A stretch of 64,000 nucleotides of DNA from Candidatus Omnitrophota bacterium (GTDB lineage Bacteria; Omnitrophota; Gorgyraeia; Duberdicusellales; 4484-171). The notes under the pieces are model-generated. The model ran no database searches and was not told where the DNA came from. It saw only the letters and a list, made by a program, of their open reading frames with translations. A program made the position numbers and the translations under genes. Positions 38,707 to 48,957 of this stretch are shown piece after piece (within the stretch, counting starts at the first letter, position 1; every line of letters begins with the position of its first letter). Location: assembly GCA_014729775.1 (NCBI GenBank), contig WJJJ01000013.1, forward strand, positions 2,947-66,946. Reading direction: 5' to 3'.

Positions 38707-40419
38707 ATGGCTACACGATCAGGCAGACATCCTCATTCTCTTCGTATTCGAAAAAAAGAACGGCGTATTGCCTATTTTTCCATGGAGGTAGGAGTCCATT
38801 CGGATATCCCCACATACAGCGGAGGGCTGGGTATTCTCGCCGGAGATACGATCAGGTCCGCCGCGGATTTAAACGTGCCCATGGTCGGGGTTACGCTTTT
38901 GTACCGTAAAGGATATTTTTTTCAGAAGATCGACGCTGAAGGACAGCAGCATGAATATCCCTTTGAATGGAATCCGAAAAAGGTCCTCCGGCTGTCCTCA
39001 AGAAGGACGAGTGTCCAAATCGAAGGTCGTGAAGTTCATATCCAGGCCTGGCAGTATGTGGTGCGGGGTAGTGCCGGTTATCTTATTCCGGTGATTTTTC
39101 TCGATACGGATCTTCCGGAGAATGACGAATACGGCCGCAGTCTTTCCTATTTCTTATACGGAGGGGACCGCCGCTACCGTCTTTCCCAGGAGCTCGTGCT
39201 TGGAGTAGGCGGCGTACGGATGTTAAGGGAGCTAGGGTACCGGCAGCTGAACCGTTATCATATGAATGAGGGACACGCGAGTTTACTTACCCTTGAACTC
39301 CTGCGCGTACGGGGCCGGCCGGAGGGAGAGTGGGATATGGACGGCGTGCGGCGGATGTGTGTGTTTACCACTCATACTCCCGTGCCCGCCGGGCATGATA
39401 AATTCTCCTACGATCTTGTGCGGGAGGTGCTCAGCGACCTGGTACCGTTGGAGCTCCTGCAGCAGTGCGCCGGGAACGAAGAATTGAACATGACGCGCCT
39501 GGCGATGAATCTCAGCCATTACGTCAACGGAGTGGCAAAACAGCACGGAAAGGTTTCTCAGGAAATGTTCCCGGGGTATCACATCGATTCAATTACCAAC
39601 GGAGTGCATTCTCCGACGTGGGTAAGCACCCATTTTCGCAAGTTGTTCGATAAATACATGTGGGGATGGGTCCATGATCCGTTTAACTTTCGTTACGCGT
39701 TGAGTATTCCGCGGGAAGAGGTGTGGATGGCGCACGATGAGGCAAAACAGGAGCTTATCCGGTATGTCAATGAACACACCGGTTCCGGGTTGGACCCGGA
39801 GGTGTTTACGATCGGGTTCGCCCGTCGCGCAACGGCCTATAAACGCGCCGATCTGGTGTTCCACGACACGGAACGGCTGATCAGGATCGCGGAAGAGGCG
39901 GGGAAGGTACAGTTTATTTTTTCCGGAAAAGCGCATCCGCAGGATCATGACGGTAAAGCGCTGATCAAAAAAATCATTCAAACCGCTCATGCCTTAAGCG
40001 AGAAGATCAAGATCGTGTATTTAGAGCATTACAATATGGATCTTGCGAAAATGCTCATTTCAGGCGTGGATCTATGGCTGAATACGCCCCGCAAACCGAA
40101 AGAAGCATCCGGAACTTCCGGCATGAAAGCCGCGCATAACGGGATTCCGTCCTTGAGTATTCTAGACGGCTGGTGGATCGAGGGGAGTATCGAGAACCTC
40201 ACCGGCTGGTCCATCGGCACTCTGCATGATCCCGAAAACGACGATGAGCGGGATGCCGCGGCATTGTATGAAAAATTGGAGAAGGTGATTGTTCCTTCAT
40301 ATTACCGCGACCGGGACCGGTGGATAGATATTATGCGTCACTGTATCGCGATCAACGCTTCATTCTTTAATACCCACCGGATGATTCAGCAGTACGTGTT
40401 AAACGCCTATTTACATTAA
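38707..40419 (+). CDS. glgP: Alpha-glucan phosphorylase
   Basis: AYFSME, YSGGLGILAGD, HMNEGH, FARRATAYKR, EASGTSGMKA (PLP lysine). Confidence 0.95.
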   Translation: MATRSGRHPHSLRIRKKERRIAYFSMEVGVHSDIPTYSGGLGILAGDTIRSAADLNVPMVGVTLLYRKGYFFQKIDAEGQQHEYPFEWNPKKVLRLSSRRTSVQIEGREVHIQAWQYVVRGSAGYLIPVIFLDTDLPENDEYGRSLSYFLYGGDRRYRLSQELVLGVGGVRMLRELGYRQLNRYHMNEGHASLLTLELLRVRGRPEGEWDMDGVRRMCVFTTHTPVPAGHDKFSYDLVREVLSDLVPLELLQQCAGNEELNMTRLAMNLSHYVNGVAKQHGKVSQEMFPGYHIDSITNGVHSPTWVSTHFRKLFDKYMWGWVHDPFNFRYALSIPREEVWMAHDEAKQELIRYVNEHTGSGLDPEVFTIGFARRATAYKRADLVFHDTERLIRIAEEAGKVQFIFSGKAHPQDHDGKALIKKIIQTAHALSEKIKIVYLEHYNMDLAKMLISGVDLWLNTPRKPKEASGTSGMKAAHNGIPSLSILDGWWIEGSIENLTGWSIGTLHDPENDDERDAAALYEKLEKVIVPSYYRDRDRWIDIMRHCIAINASFFNTHRMIQQYVLNAYLH

Positions 40420-40431
40420 TGGGCAAAGGAG

Positions 40432-41496
40432 ATGTCTATGTTAAGTTATTCGCAAATCGCGGCTCTTTTGGGGAAAGAGGCAGATTCTCTTTTACAGCAT
40501 ACCTGTTCTACGATCTCCCGCAAGATGCTTTCTCTTCCCGGTTCCGATTTTCTCGATCGCGTGTTTATTGATTCTGACCGTCCAAATTCCGTTCTGCGTA
40601 ATTTGGCATCTTTATTCCGGCATGGTCGTCTCGGCGGCACGGGATATCTGTCGATCCTGCCCGTCGATCAGGGGATTGAACATACTGCCGGGGCTTCCTT
40701 TTCGCCGAACCCTGAATATTTTGATCCGGAAAATATCGTGAAACTGGCGATTGAAGGAGGATGTAACGGAGTTGCCTCTACGCTGGGCGTCCTGGGCCTG
40801 GTGGCGCGCAGGTACGCGCATAAAATTCCCTTTATCGTGAAGCTCAATCACAACGAACTTTTGTCCTATCCGAATTCATATGATCAGCGGTTGTTCGCTT
40901 CCGTTGAGCAGGCTTATTCAATGGGCGCGGTCGGGGTAGGTGCTACCATTTATTTCGGTTCACCCGAATCCCGCCGCCAAATCGAAGAAGTTTCGGCGTT
41001 GTTCGAACGGGCGCACCAGCTGGGTTTGTGCACGGTGTTATGGTGTTATTTAAGAAATTCGGCTTTTAAAAAAGACGATACCGACTATCATACCGCGGCA
41101 GATCTCACCGGTCAGGCCAACCATCTGGGAGTTACTTTGCAGGCCGATATCATCAAACAGAAACTGCCGATGGACAACGGCGGATTCCAGACGCTGAAAT
41201 TCGGAAAGACCCATCCGCTGATGTATGAACAACTGGCCAGCGCGCATCCCGTTGATCTTACCCGTTATCAGGTTGCCAACTGCTACATGGGAAAAATTGG
41301 GTTGATCAATTCCGGCGGTCCTTCCGGAAAAAATGATTTACAGCAGGCGGTAAGAACCGCGGTGATCAACAAGCGCGCCGGAGGTACCGGCCTTATTTCC
41401 GGACGGAAAGCATTCCAGAAATCACTCCATGACGGAGTGGAAATCCTTCATGCCATTCAGGACGTGTATTTAACCGATGAGATTTCCGTCGCATAA
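40432..41496 (+). CDS. fbaB: Class I fructose-bisphosphate aldolase
   Basis: [43 protein letters not shown]. Confidence 0.95.
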   Translation: MSMLSYSQIAALLGKEADSLLQHTCSTISRKMLSLPGSDFLDRVFIDSDRPNSVLRNLASLFRHGRLGGTGYLSILPVDQGIEHTAGASFSPNPEYFDPENIVKLAIEGGCNGVASTLGVLGLVARRYAHKIPFIVKLNHNELLSYPNSYDQRLFASVEQAYSMGAVGVGATIYFGSPESRRQIEEVSALFERAHQLGLCTVLWCYLRNSAFKKDDTDYHTAADLTGQANHLGVTLQADIIKQKLPMDNGGFQTLKFGKTHPLMYEQLASAHPVDLTRYQVANCYMGKIGLINSGGPSGKNDLQQAVRTAVINKRAGGTGLISGRKAFQKSLHDGVEILHAIQDVYLTDEISVA

Positions 41497-41532
41497 ATTT
41501 GGCGGAGCCGGCCTGAGAACGACGGCGGTGAG

Positions 41533-41691
41533 TTACCGTTTCTTTTTTCGTACTCTTCTTTTTTGGGAGGGTTTTGTGTAATATTGCCTTTCCCGGAAGT
41601 TCTTTATGATTCTTTCTCGTTTGCACTGGGTTTTAAAAGAACGAAGCGCTTTCTCGAATTCCGCGTTGGATTTGATTTGAACTTCAGCCAT
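41533..41691 (-). CDS. rpsU: 30S ribosomal protein bS21 (52 aa, absent from the ORF track)
   Basis: Hand translation MAEVQIKSNAEFEKALRSFKTQCKRERIIKNFRERQYYTKPSQKRRVRKKKR; AAGGAGG RBS. Confidence 0.88.
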   Translation of the reverse strand: MAEVQIKSNAEFEKALRSFKTQCKRERIIKNFRERQYYTKPSQKRRVRKKKR

Positions 41692-41882
41692 TTCTCCTCC
41701 TTGGTTAGGAGTGTTATATCATAAATTGACGGTTTGGCAAGGGAAAAGTATTTCGACCTTTATTTACTGGGGTAAAATCGTTTTTCGGAAGGAACTTACT
41801 TGCGCAGATCAGGGAAAAATTATACAATGAAGGCGTTTCCTGAACGTATTTTCACTCTTTCATTTCAACAGAAAGGATAAGA

Positions 41883-42563
41883 ATGTCGTTAAAACTTGTC
41901 AAAGCAGAACCGGTGGAAAATCCGGAGGTATCACTGGAGACCGCCGAACCGGCGCGGGTCCGGGAAGAAGTGGCGCGCAACACCCGGAATTTCAGGAATT
42001 CCTGGCGTAATTTGGCGAAAGTGCTTGGGGTTGTCTGGCAGCGGAAGTTGTACAGAGAATGGGGATATGAAACATTTGATCAATATACCGCACAGGAAGT
42101 GGCGATTCGTAAACATACCGCAATGAAATTGATTCGGTCCTATAATTTTTTACAGAAAGAGGAGCCGGAGTGCCTGAAACATGATGAACGAACGGAATCC
42201 ACTCCGGCCGCGGCGCCCACGTTGGAAGCAGTACATACCCTGCGAATGGCGAAACAGAAACTGGACGGAGAAGGGTATCAGCGGGTGAAACGCGAATTAT
42301 TTGACCAGAACCGCAGCCCTGCTGAAGTGAAAAAAGACCTGACGATGGTGATGAAACAGCGGCGGGAGGTCGATCCGGAAACCGAACGCGGAAGGAAACG
42401 GCACGTGATCATCAAACGATTTCTCGGTTCATTGGAAGGATTCATGCGTGATGCCGAACTGCTCGAGATTCTTCCTGATCCGGTGGCCGAGGAACTTCGC
42501 CGCGCGAAGCGCAGTCTCGCGGGACTGCTTGAGGAAGAAAAGATGCCGGGAGAAGCTGCATGA
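41883..42563 (+). CDS. Conserved hypothetical protein (helical)
   Basis: AAAGGA RBS; motif KLYREWGYETFDQY; first gene of a coupled operon. Confidence 0.7.
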   Translation: MSLKLVKAEPVENPEVSLETAEPARVREEVARNTRNFRNSWRNLAKVLGVVWQRKLYREWGYETFDQYTAQEVAIRKHTAMKLIRSYNFLQKEEPECLKHDERTESTPAAAPTLEAVHTLRMAKQKLDGEGYQRVKRELFDQNRSPAEVKKDLTMVMKQRREVDPETERGRKRHVIIKRFLGSLEGFMRDAELLEILPDPVAEELRRAKRSLAGLLEEEKMPGEAA

Positions 42564-42880
42564 AAACGGTGCGGATCAATGAACTGCGTCCCGGGATGAA
42601 GGTCGTCAAAGAGGTGAAGGATGCGCAAGGGATGTTGGTGTGTCCTGCCGACACTCCGGTGAGCGAGCGGCTCAAAGAATTGTGCCTGCGCCGCGGCGTG
42701 GAGGAGGTCTGGATTGCGGAGGAGCAGGACGCGGCGGAAACCCGGGGGACGGTGCGGGAAACGCCGGAGCAGATACGGAAAAGAGTGAGGGAGAAGTTCG
42801 CTCCGTATATGGAGGATCCGGTAATGGCCCGGTTATGCGAATTGGCGCAGGAGTATCTGCTGCGCAGGGAGGAAATGTGA
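42560..42880 (+). CDS. Hypothetical protein resembling the N-terminal module of HD-GYP/HDOD proteins
   Basis: INELRPGMKV..EV....G.LV motif; ATGA/GTGA overlaps on both sides. Confidence 0.65.
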   Translation: MKTVRINELRPGMKVVKEVKDAQGMLVCPADTPVSERLKELCLRRGVEEVWIAEEQDAAETRGTVRETPEQIRKRVREKFAPYMEDPVMARLCELAQEYLLRREEM

Positions 42881-43731
42881 AAATACGGAATCCGCGGGAG
42901 TTCGTCCGGGATATCGAAGGTCTCCCGACCCTGCCCAATTTATATACCCGCTTCCGGCAGAAAATCTATGATCCCAAATCCTCGGCGAACGATATCGCCG
43001 AAATTATTTCCGCCGATCAGGCGATCGTTTCCAATATTCTCAAGATCGCCAATTCCGCCTTTTACGGATTCTCAAGACGTATTTCCAGCGTGACCCACGC
43101 GATCGTCATTATCGGATTCAACGGCATTCACCATATCGTCCTGAATACCACAGTGGTGAAAATGTTTTCAGGGCAGACGCAGGGCGGGTTCGATTTATCA
43201 CGGATCTGGGAACATTCGTTGGGAACTGCGGCGATTGCGAAATATATCGCCAAAAAGAAAGAACAGAAGAATTTCGAGGAAGTCTTTACGGCGGGATTGC
43301 TCCACGATATCGGGAAAGTGATCGTGTTTAAATACCTTCCCGATGAGTTCAGAGCCGTAATGGAGAGGGTAAGAGAAGAAAATATCCCGATAAAGGAAGC
43401 GGAAGCCCGGGAGGTGGGTGTTGATCATACTGAAATCGGAAAGTGTCTTCTCGAAGAGTGGAAATTTCCCGAAAGTCTTGTTCGCGCGGCGGCCTATCAC
43501 GACAATCCGGTGCTGGCGAAAGAGAAAAAAACAGAGGTGAGTATCGTGCATCTGGCCAATGTCATTACCCGGGCTTTCGAGATCGGATCCGGAGGAGATG
43601 ACCTGATCTCTCCGTGCAATGAAGATGCATGGAATCATTTAGGGTTTGCGCTTGAGGATCTGGATGATATCGCGGCGCACGTTGATGAAGCGCTCAGAGA
43701 GTGCGCGGTATTCAAGGATTTGATGGGATGA
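42877..43731 (+). CDS. HDOD domain protein
   Basis: LPTLP, DQAI..NILKIANSAFYG, IWEHS, AGLLHDIGK, DHTEIG..L...WKFP. Confidence 0.92.
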   Translation: MKIRNPREFVRDIEGLPTLPNLYTRFRQKIYDPKSSANDIAEIISADQAIVSNILKIANSAFYGFSRRISSVTHAIVIIGFNGIHHIVLNTTVVKMFSGQTQGGFDLSRIWEHSLGTAAIAKYIAKKKEQKNFEEVFTAGLLHDIGKVIVFKYLPDEFRAVMERVREENIPIKEAEAREVGVDHTEIGKCLLEEWKFPESLVRAAAYHDNPVLAKEKKTEVSIVHLANVITRAFEIGSGGDDLISPCNEDAWNHLGFALEDLDDIAAHVDEALRECAVFKDLMG

Positions 43732-44831
43732 CGCACATAAGCGATTTTAAAGTTTTTTGCCGCAGTCTGCTGGAGAGTCTCCCTTACGGGGTGATGATCC
43801 TGAATCAGCAGGGGCTGATACTGCACATGAACCGCAATATGTCGTTTATGCTGAATATCACTGAACCGGAAGCGGAGAACGTGAGTTTTCGCGACGTGCT
43901 CCCCCGGGAAATCTCCCGGACAGTCCAGCAGATGGTAGATGACACTACTTCTTACGGTTTCGTGATGGACAGGCGTATTTCGGTCAATGTCGCCGAAAAA
44001 GCCGAGGTGCTGATGGCAATGAGCGGGTCAATTCTGCGCGATGAGGAGGGGCAGCCGGCGGGGATTACCCTGATTTGCCGGGAGATGACCGCGACCCGCG
44101 AGTTGGACCGGATGCGGGAATTGGATAAGCTCAAAGACGATTTCATTTCCAGCGTGTCGCATGATTTGAAAAATCCGCTGAGCAGTATTCTGGGGTTTTC
44201 CGATATCCTTCTAGAAATGGCCAAAGAGAAGGATTTGAGCGAGGAAACCGAGTACCTCCAGATTATCCGGCAGGAGAGCCGGCGCTTATCAGGGATGATC
44301 GGGCAGATGCTCAGCCTTGCACGAATCGAGTCCGGAATGTTACACTTAAAAGTAGGGAAAGTCGTGCTCAAAGAGGTGGTGTCCGAGGTTCTGAAGGTGC
44401 TTTCCGTGCAGAGCAAAGGAAAACATGATTTCAGGGCCGAGATGGATGATGAAATCCCGGAGTTATGGCTGGATCGTGAGGAGATCAGCCGGGTGATCAT
44501 GAACCTGGTGAGCAACGCGATGAAGTATTCCCCCGAAGGCGGTCCGGTCACGGTGCGCGGTTTTGTGCGGGGAGAAAACGTGCACCTGGAAGTACATGAT
44601 AAAGGGATCGGGATGTCGGAGGAAACACTGTCGCATATGTTCGAGAAGTTTTTCCGGGAAACAGGCGGAGAAGCCCAGAGAGTTCCCGGAACCGGACTGG
44701 GCCTGGTGATTACCAAAGGAATCGTGGAGGCTCACGGCGGGACAATTTCGGTGGAAAGCGCAGTAGGCGACGGATCGGTGTTCTCGGTGATACTCCCTTT
44801 GTGGTTGCGTGACAAGAAGCCGAGTGCCTAA
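43728..44831 (+). CDS. PAS-domain histidine kinase
   Basis: PAS N-terminus, VSHDLKNPL, NLVSNAMKYS, DKGIG, GTGLGL. Confidence 0.92.
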   Translation: MTHISDFKVFCRSLLESLPYGVMILNQQGLILHMNRNMSFMLNITEPEAENVSFRDVLPREISRTVQQMVDDTTSYGFVMDRRISVNVAEKAEVLMAMSGSILRDEEGQPAGITLICREMTATRELDRMRELDKLKDDFISSVSHDLKNPLSSILGFSDILLEMAKEKDLSEETEYLQIIRQESRRLSGMIGQMLSLARIESGMLHLKVGKVVLKEVVSEVLKVLSVQSKGKHDFRAEMDDEIPELWLDREEISRVIMNLVSNAMKYSPEGGPVTVRGFVRGENVHLEVHDKGIGMSEETLSHMFEKFFRETGGEAQRVPGTGLGLVITKGIVEAHGGTISVESAVGDGSVFSVILPLWLRDKKPSA

Positions 44832-44844
44832 CAGGGAGGGCGAG

Positions 44845-45225
44845 ATGACCAAGCGGATTTTGATTGTAGACGACGACCGGAATATACGCGGTTTGATCAG
44901 GAAGGTGCTGGAACGCGAAGGGAAGTACGAAGTAGCCGAGGCCGAAGACGGGAAAGCTGCAGAAGAAAAGCTCGCGGGGTTCCGGCCGGATCTGGTGGTG
45001 CTGGACATTCAAATGCCGGGTGAGGGCGGATACGAGACCTGTATGCATATCCGTAGTCTGGCAGGGCGCAAGAAAATAAAAATTGTAGGTGTGTCGGGGG
45101 TGTCCGGAAAAATCGGTGATGCGATCATGACCGCACTCGGCGCGGATTATTTTTTTGAAAAACCGTTCAACAATAGCCAGTTTACCCATAAAATAGAAGA
45201 GCTCCTTGAGGAAGTCGAAGCGTAG
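44845..45225 (+). CDS. Single-domain response regulator
   Basis: ILIVDDD, LDIQMP, KPF. Confidence 0.9.
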   Translation: MTKRILIVDDDRNIRGLIRKVLEREGKYEVAEAEDGKAAEEKLAGFRPDLVVLDIQMPGEGGYETCMHIRSLAGRKKIKIVGVSGVSGKIGDAIMTALGADYFFEKPFNNSQFTHKIEELLEEVEA

Positions 45226-45273
45226 CTTTATTGGGGAAATTGATTTCGAAGAGGCCGGGTAACCGGCGAACTT

Positions 45274-45864
45274 ATGGAAATGCATTCATTCTTTTCATCC
45301 GACTTCTTCTCTCTGGTCTGTATCCCTCTCGCGATTTTTCTGGTGCGCATTGTCGACGTGAGCATGGGGACGCTGCGCATTATTTCCGTGTCGCAGGGTG
45401 CCCGGTCCCGTGCGGCAATTTTAGGATTTTTCGAAGTATTAATATGGCTTGTTGCCTTGAGCCAGTTGATACGGGAAGGTTCCAGTCTGATTCATTATTT
45501 TGCCTATGCCGCCGGTTTCGGGACCGGAACGTTCGTGGGTGTTTCGATCGAAAAACGCGTCGGTTACGGGAAATTGCTGATACGCGTCATCGTGTCCTCG
45601 GATGCGGCCCGGCTGATGGAGACCTTAAGAGAACGCGGCTACGGGGTTACTACTATTCGGGCGCAGGGAACCAAGGGGCCGGTTACGATCATCTTCACGG
45701 TGGCCAAACGCAATTGCGTCACCGATATCCTTAAAATCATTACCAGATGCAACCCGAAAGCGTTCTATACGATCGAAAATATCAATTTCGCCAGTGCCCG
45801 CTCTTTTCTTGTGCCGGCGTCCCGGCCGTCAGTGCCGGGTTACTTTTTCCAGAAAAGAAAATAA
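45274..45864 (+). CDS. DUF2179/DUF5698 family membrane protein
   Basis: RIVDVSMGTLR, GFFEVLIW, YAAGFGTG, LRERGYGVT, NPKAFYTIE. Confidence 0.85.
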   Translation: MEMHSFFSSDFFSLVCIPLAIFLVRIVDVSMGTLRIISVSQGARSRAAILGFFEVLIWLVALSQLIREGSSLIHYFAYAAGFGTGTFVGVSIEKRVGYGKLLIRVIVSSDAARLMETLRERGYGVTTIRAQGTKGPVTIIFTVAKRNCVTDILKIITRCNPKAFYTIENINFASARSFLVPASRPSVPGYFFQKRK

Positions 45865-46052
45865 GGAAAATCCTTGGCGCATCGGATTCAGGATATTTCG
45901 TGCTTGATCCTGGGTTTTTGATTCCGGATGCTGGATGGGGAGAGGAGAAGTAAAAGATAAGAAGGAAGAAATACGAGGAGGGAAGAGAGAATCCGCATTC
46001 CCGTGCCGCGCAGATGGCAGGGGAGTAGAGTTTGGTAAGAGAGGAGGAAAGA

Positions 46053-46325
46053 ATGGATTGGAAAGTTTTTGCGGCGACATTCGGCGCGATCTTTCTGGCG
46101 GAGCTCGGGGATAAGACCCAGATGGCGAATCTGTGTTTCGCGGCACAGTCTAAATCGCTGATGAGCGTGTTCTTCGCGTCGGTGCTGGGATTTGCCGCGG
46201 TGACGTTGCTTACCATGATTTTTGCCGGGGCGGTGTGCCGGTATGTGCACCCGGAACATATTCGTTATGGAGCTGCATCTCTGTTTATTCTTGCGGGAAT
46301 ACTGACGTTCGCGGGGAAACTATAG
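46053..46325 (+). CDS. TMEM165/GDT1 (UPF0016) family half-size Mn/Ca transporter
   Basis: IFLAELGDKTQ motif; 3 TMs. Confidence 0.88.
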   Translation: MDWKVFAATFGAIFLAELGDKTQMANLCFAAQSKSLMSVFFASVLGFAAVTLLTMIFAGAVCRYVHPEHIRYGAASLFILAGILTFAGKL

Positions 46326-46331
46326 GCGGTT

Positions 46332-47102
46332 ATGGAAAATGGTTTGACCTTCGACCGTATCTGGATTCCGTTTTTATTGACCTGCCTGGCGGGGTTCTCC
46401 ACGGGATTGGGGAGTATCCTCGCCTTCTGCGTAAAAGATTTCAAGGACTCCTATTTCCGGTTTTCCCTCGGGCTTTCCGCAGGAGCGATGGTGTACATAT
46501 CATTTGTGGAACTCTTATCTTCCGCCGTAGCTTCGGTAGGATTCCTGGGCGCGAATATCTGGTTTTTTATCGGCATTTTTTTTATTCTTTTGATCGATTT
46601 TCTTATTCCGCATCAGTACGGAGAGGAACGGGTTGAAGGGGCGGCGCCCGGGAAGAAGATGATGAACGCCGGCATGGTGATCGCGTTGGGGCTTGCCATT
46701 CATAATTTTCCCGAGGGACTCGCGGTATTCATGAGTTCTCTGGGGGATATTCGCTTAGGGCTTCCTCTGGCCGTGGCAATCGCTATTCATAATATTCCCG
46801 AAGGAGTCGCGGTGTCTACTCCGATCTACTACGCCACAGGCAGCCGGAAAAAGGCCTTTTGGTTTTCGTTCCTTTCGGGCGTTGCCGAACCGATAGGTGC
46901 CTTGGCGGGGATTTTCTTGCTCTTTCCCTATTTGAACGAGCAGATCATGGCGTATTCTTTCGCGTTTGTGGCCGGGATTATGGTGTTTATCGGGTTCGAT
47001 GAGGTGCTTCCCCTCTGTTACCGGGAAGAAGGGGCGCACTTGGCGATCAGCGGGGTGATCCTGGGAATGGCGGTAATGGCGCTGAGCATCTATTTGTTAT
47101 GA
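46332..47102 (+). CDS. zupT: ZIP family metal transporter ZupT
   Basis: SAGAMVYISFVEL, AIHNFPEG, AIHNIPEG, SGVAEPIG. Confidence 0.9.
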   Translation: MENGLTFDRIWIPFLLTCLAGFSTGLGSILAFCVKDFKDSYFRFSLGLSAGAMVYISFVELLSSAVASVGFLGANIWFFIGIFFILLIDFLIPHQYGEERVEGAAPGKKMMNAGMVIALGLAIHNFPEGLAVFMSSLGDIRLGLPLAVAIAIHNIPEGVAVSTPIYYATGSRKKAFWFSFLSGVAEPIGALAGIFLLFPYLNEQIMAYSFAFVAGIMVFIGFDEVLPLCYREEGAHLAISGVILGMAVMALSIYLL

Positions 47103-47480
47103 GGATTGCTTCTTACGTCCTGTTTTCTTTTTTCGAACGTTTTTTTTCTTCTTTTTTGGCACGAGATCCTGGTCTTTTTTCGTAACATCCGTCATCCGGT
47201 ATTCAATTGCCTTACGCGCTTCGAAGTATGCCTGAGAAATGAGTTTATGCAGATTTTCCAGGTCTTCCGGGTGCTCCCGTGACTGTTTTACCGCTTTCGT
47301 CATTTCCTTTGTGTCCACGCCGAATGTCTTCTTCGGGTACATCCCGGAAATAACCTCGCAAAAGTGAAGAGAAAGCGCCACCCGGATCGTTTCCGAAAAG
47401 CTGAGGTCGTACTCCCGGCCGATATACTGAATGTACTCAGCCAGGTAATCTTTGAGAAGTACTTGATATCGTTTTAACAT
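47097..47480 (-). CDS. Hypothetical protein with basic C-tail (possible ribbon-helix-helix-like N-terminus)
   Basis: ORF MLKRYQVLL...DLSFSETIR...; start chosen at ATG 47480. Confidence 0.55.
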   Translation of the reverse strand: MLKRYQVLLKDYLAEYIQYIGREYDLSFSETIRVALSLHFCEVISGMYPKKTFGVDTKEMTKAVKQSREHPEDLENLHKLISQAYFEARKAIEYRMTDVTKKDQDLVPKKKKKNVRKKKTGRKKQSS

Positions 47481-47613
47481 TGCATCAATTATATCATTTA
47501 TTCCCGGAAAATCAACTTTTGCCGCGATGTTTTGTGTTTCTGGCGCGTGCAATCCAAATTTTCGGAAATCATTTTTCTTCTGATTTTCGTGCTGGTCTTC
47601 CTGCCCGGACACT

Positions 47614-47892
47614 TCAGACCGTGACGTCGATATTGTTCCCCAGTTCTGTCCGAAACCCTGAAAATTGCCCCACTTGAATCCGGGGGGCGATATTGACCGG
47701 ATTAATCGGCGGAGGCTGAAGGTTTACCGTTTCCCTGCGGAACTGGCTTGCCTTTTCATTGATGCCTCTCAGCAGCGAATCGGTGTTCTGCAACCGCAAC
47801 GACCTTCCGATTCGGGCTTGATCCATCCGGGAAAGAGGAGGCGAAAAATCAGGGATAGCCGGTGTCTTGAAAGGAGAGGTGAATGCTGCCAT
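47614..47892 (-). CDS. Hypothetical protein with YjfB-like C-terminal motif
   Basis: AAGGAGG RBS; ends ELGNNIDVTV. Confidence 0.55.
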   Translation of the reverse strand: MAAFTSPFKTPAIPDFSPPLSRMDQARIGRSLRLQNTDSLLRGINEKASQFRRETVNLQPPPINPVNIAPRIQVGQFSGFRTELGNNIDVTV

Positions 47893-47916
47893 CTTTCCCT
47901 CCTTTTTCTGATTCGG

Positions 47917-48222
47917 TTAATATTCTTCCGGCGCGTAAAAGTTTAACGTTCTCAGTGCGACAGCGCCGGTATTTTTTATTTCGTGTGCTTCGCCCGCTTC
48001 TATCAACAGCAGTGTCTTTTCCAGGAGAGGAGTGTGTTGTCCTGCGACGACGGCTTCACCATTTCCGGACAGGACATACATCCACTGATCGCTTTCCCGG
48101 TGACGGTTCTCCGGTCCGCCGGTCGTTTCCCCCGGCGTGAGTACCATTGTAGCTGTCTGCGACCTTCCTGTTCCTCCGAGCATACTCCACTCCTTGTCGG
48201 CCTTGATGTCATACCTTTTCAT
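47917..48222 (-). CDS. Cupin domain protein
   Basis: GGPENRHRESDQWMYVLSG.G, IEAGEAHEI.NTG, LNFYAP. Confidence 0.88.
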   Translation of the reverse strand: MKRYDIKADKEWSMLGGTGRSQTATMVLTPGETTGGPENRHRESDQWMYVLSGNGEAVVAGQHTPLLEKTLLLIEAGEAHEIKNTGAVALRTLNFYAPEEY

Positions 48223-48340
48223 TTCTTCCTCCTTTCAATTTTCATTATAAAGGGGAGGCTTTGGGGCGTATAGTGGCTGTTTCTGCTTTTTCCTGACTTC
48301 ATTCTGAATATGTCCCATTGGAGGAGGAAAAGACAGGGGG

Positions 48341-48397
48341 TTGACAGGAGAAAAACGGCGTGGTATCCTTTAACAAAGAATGAGAATCATTCTCAAT
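48341..48397 (+). promoter_or_regulatory. sigma70 promoter followed by a Fur box
   Basis: TTGACA-N17-TATCCT, then 7-1-7 palindrome TGAGAAT-C-ATTCTCA (48381-48395). Confidence 0.8.
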
Positions 48398-48407
48398 AAG
48401 GAGAGAA

Positions 48408-48887
48408 ATGCAGAGAAGAATGAGAGGAAGACAGGGATACGGCTGGCTGCAGGGGCGGTTGCGGCATCGAGGATACCGAATGACGCTTGCCCGGCAGGCG
48501 GCATTGCAGGTGCTGAGCCGGACAAGGGACCATCTCAGTGCCGAAGAAATTTACCAGCGGGTGCAGAGAATATCGCCGTCGGTGGGGATTGCCACGGTAT
48601 ACCGCACGCTGGAGATGCTTACTGAACTGGGACTGGTATTTAAATTCGATTTCGGCGACGGCCGGGCGAGGTATGAATTATCCCGCGGTCCCGAGGCCAA
48701 GGATCACCATCATCATTTAGTATGCACGCATTGTGGCCGGGTGATTGATTACACCGATTTCATAGACGAAGAAGTTGAGTTATTGAACAAAACAGAGCGG
48801 CATTTGGCAAAAAAATATCGGTTCGATATCAGAAAACATATTTTGCAGTTTTACGGCGTCTGTAACGAGTGCCGGAAACAGGGGTAA
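48408..48887 (+). CDS. fur: Fur family transcriptional regulator
   Basis: HLSAEEIY, GIATVYRTL, HHHHLVCTHCG, FYGVCNEC. Confidence 0.93.
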   Translation: MQRRMRGRQGYGWLQGRLRHRGYRMTLARQAALQVLSRTRDHLSAEEIYQRVQRISPSVGIATVYRTLEMLTELGLVFKFDFGDGRARYELSRGPEAKDHHHHLVCTHCGRVIDYTDFIDEEVELLNKTERHLAKKYRFDIRKHILQFYGVCNECRKQG

Positions 48888-48901
48888 AAATTTTTTACAA
48901 T

Positions 48902-48926
48902 CTTAATGAGAATAATTCTCATTAAG
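48902..48926. promoter_or_regulatory. Fur box, perfect 12-1-12 palindrome
   Basis: CTTAATGAGAAT-A-ATTCTCATTAAG. Confidence 0.85.
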
Positions 48927-48957
48927 GAAGGAATGAGACACAAGAAAGGAGGGAAAA

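Noticed and set aside
41393-41626. 77-aa minus-strand ORF in the track
   Set aside because: It is an alternative frame overlapping the real rpsU (41533-41691) and the end of fbaB.
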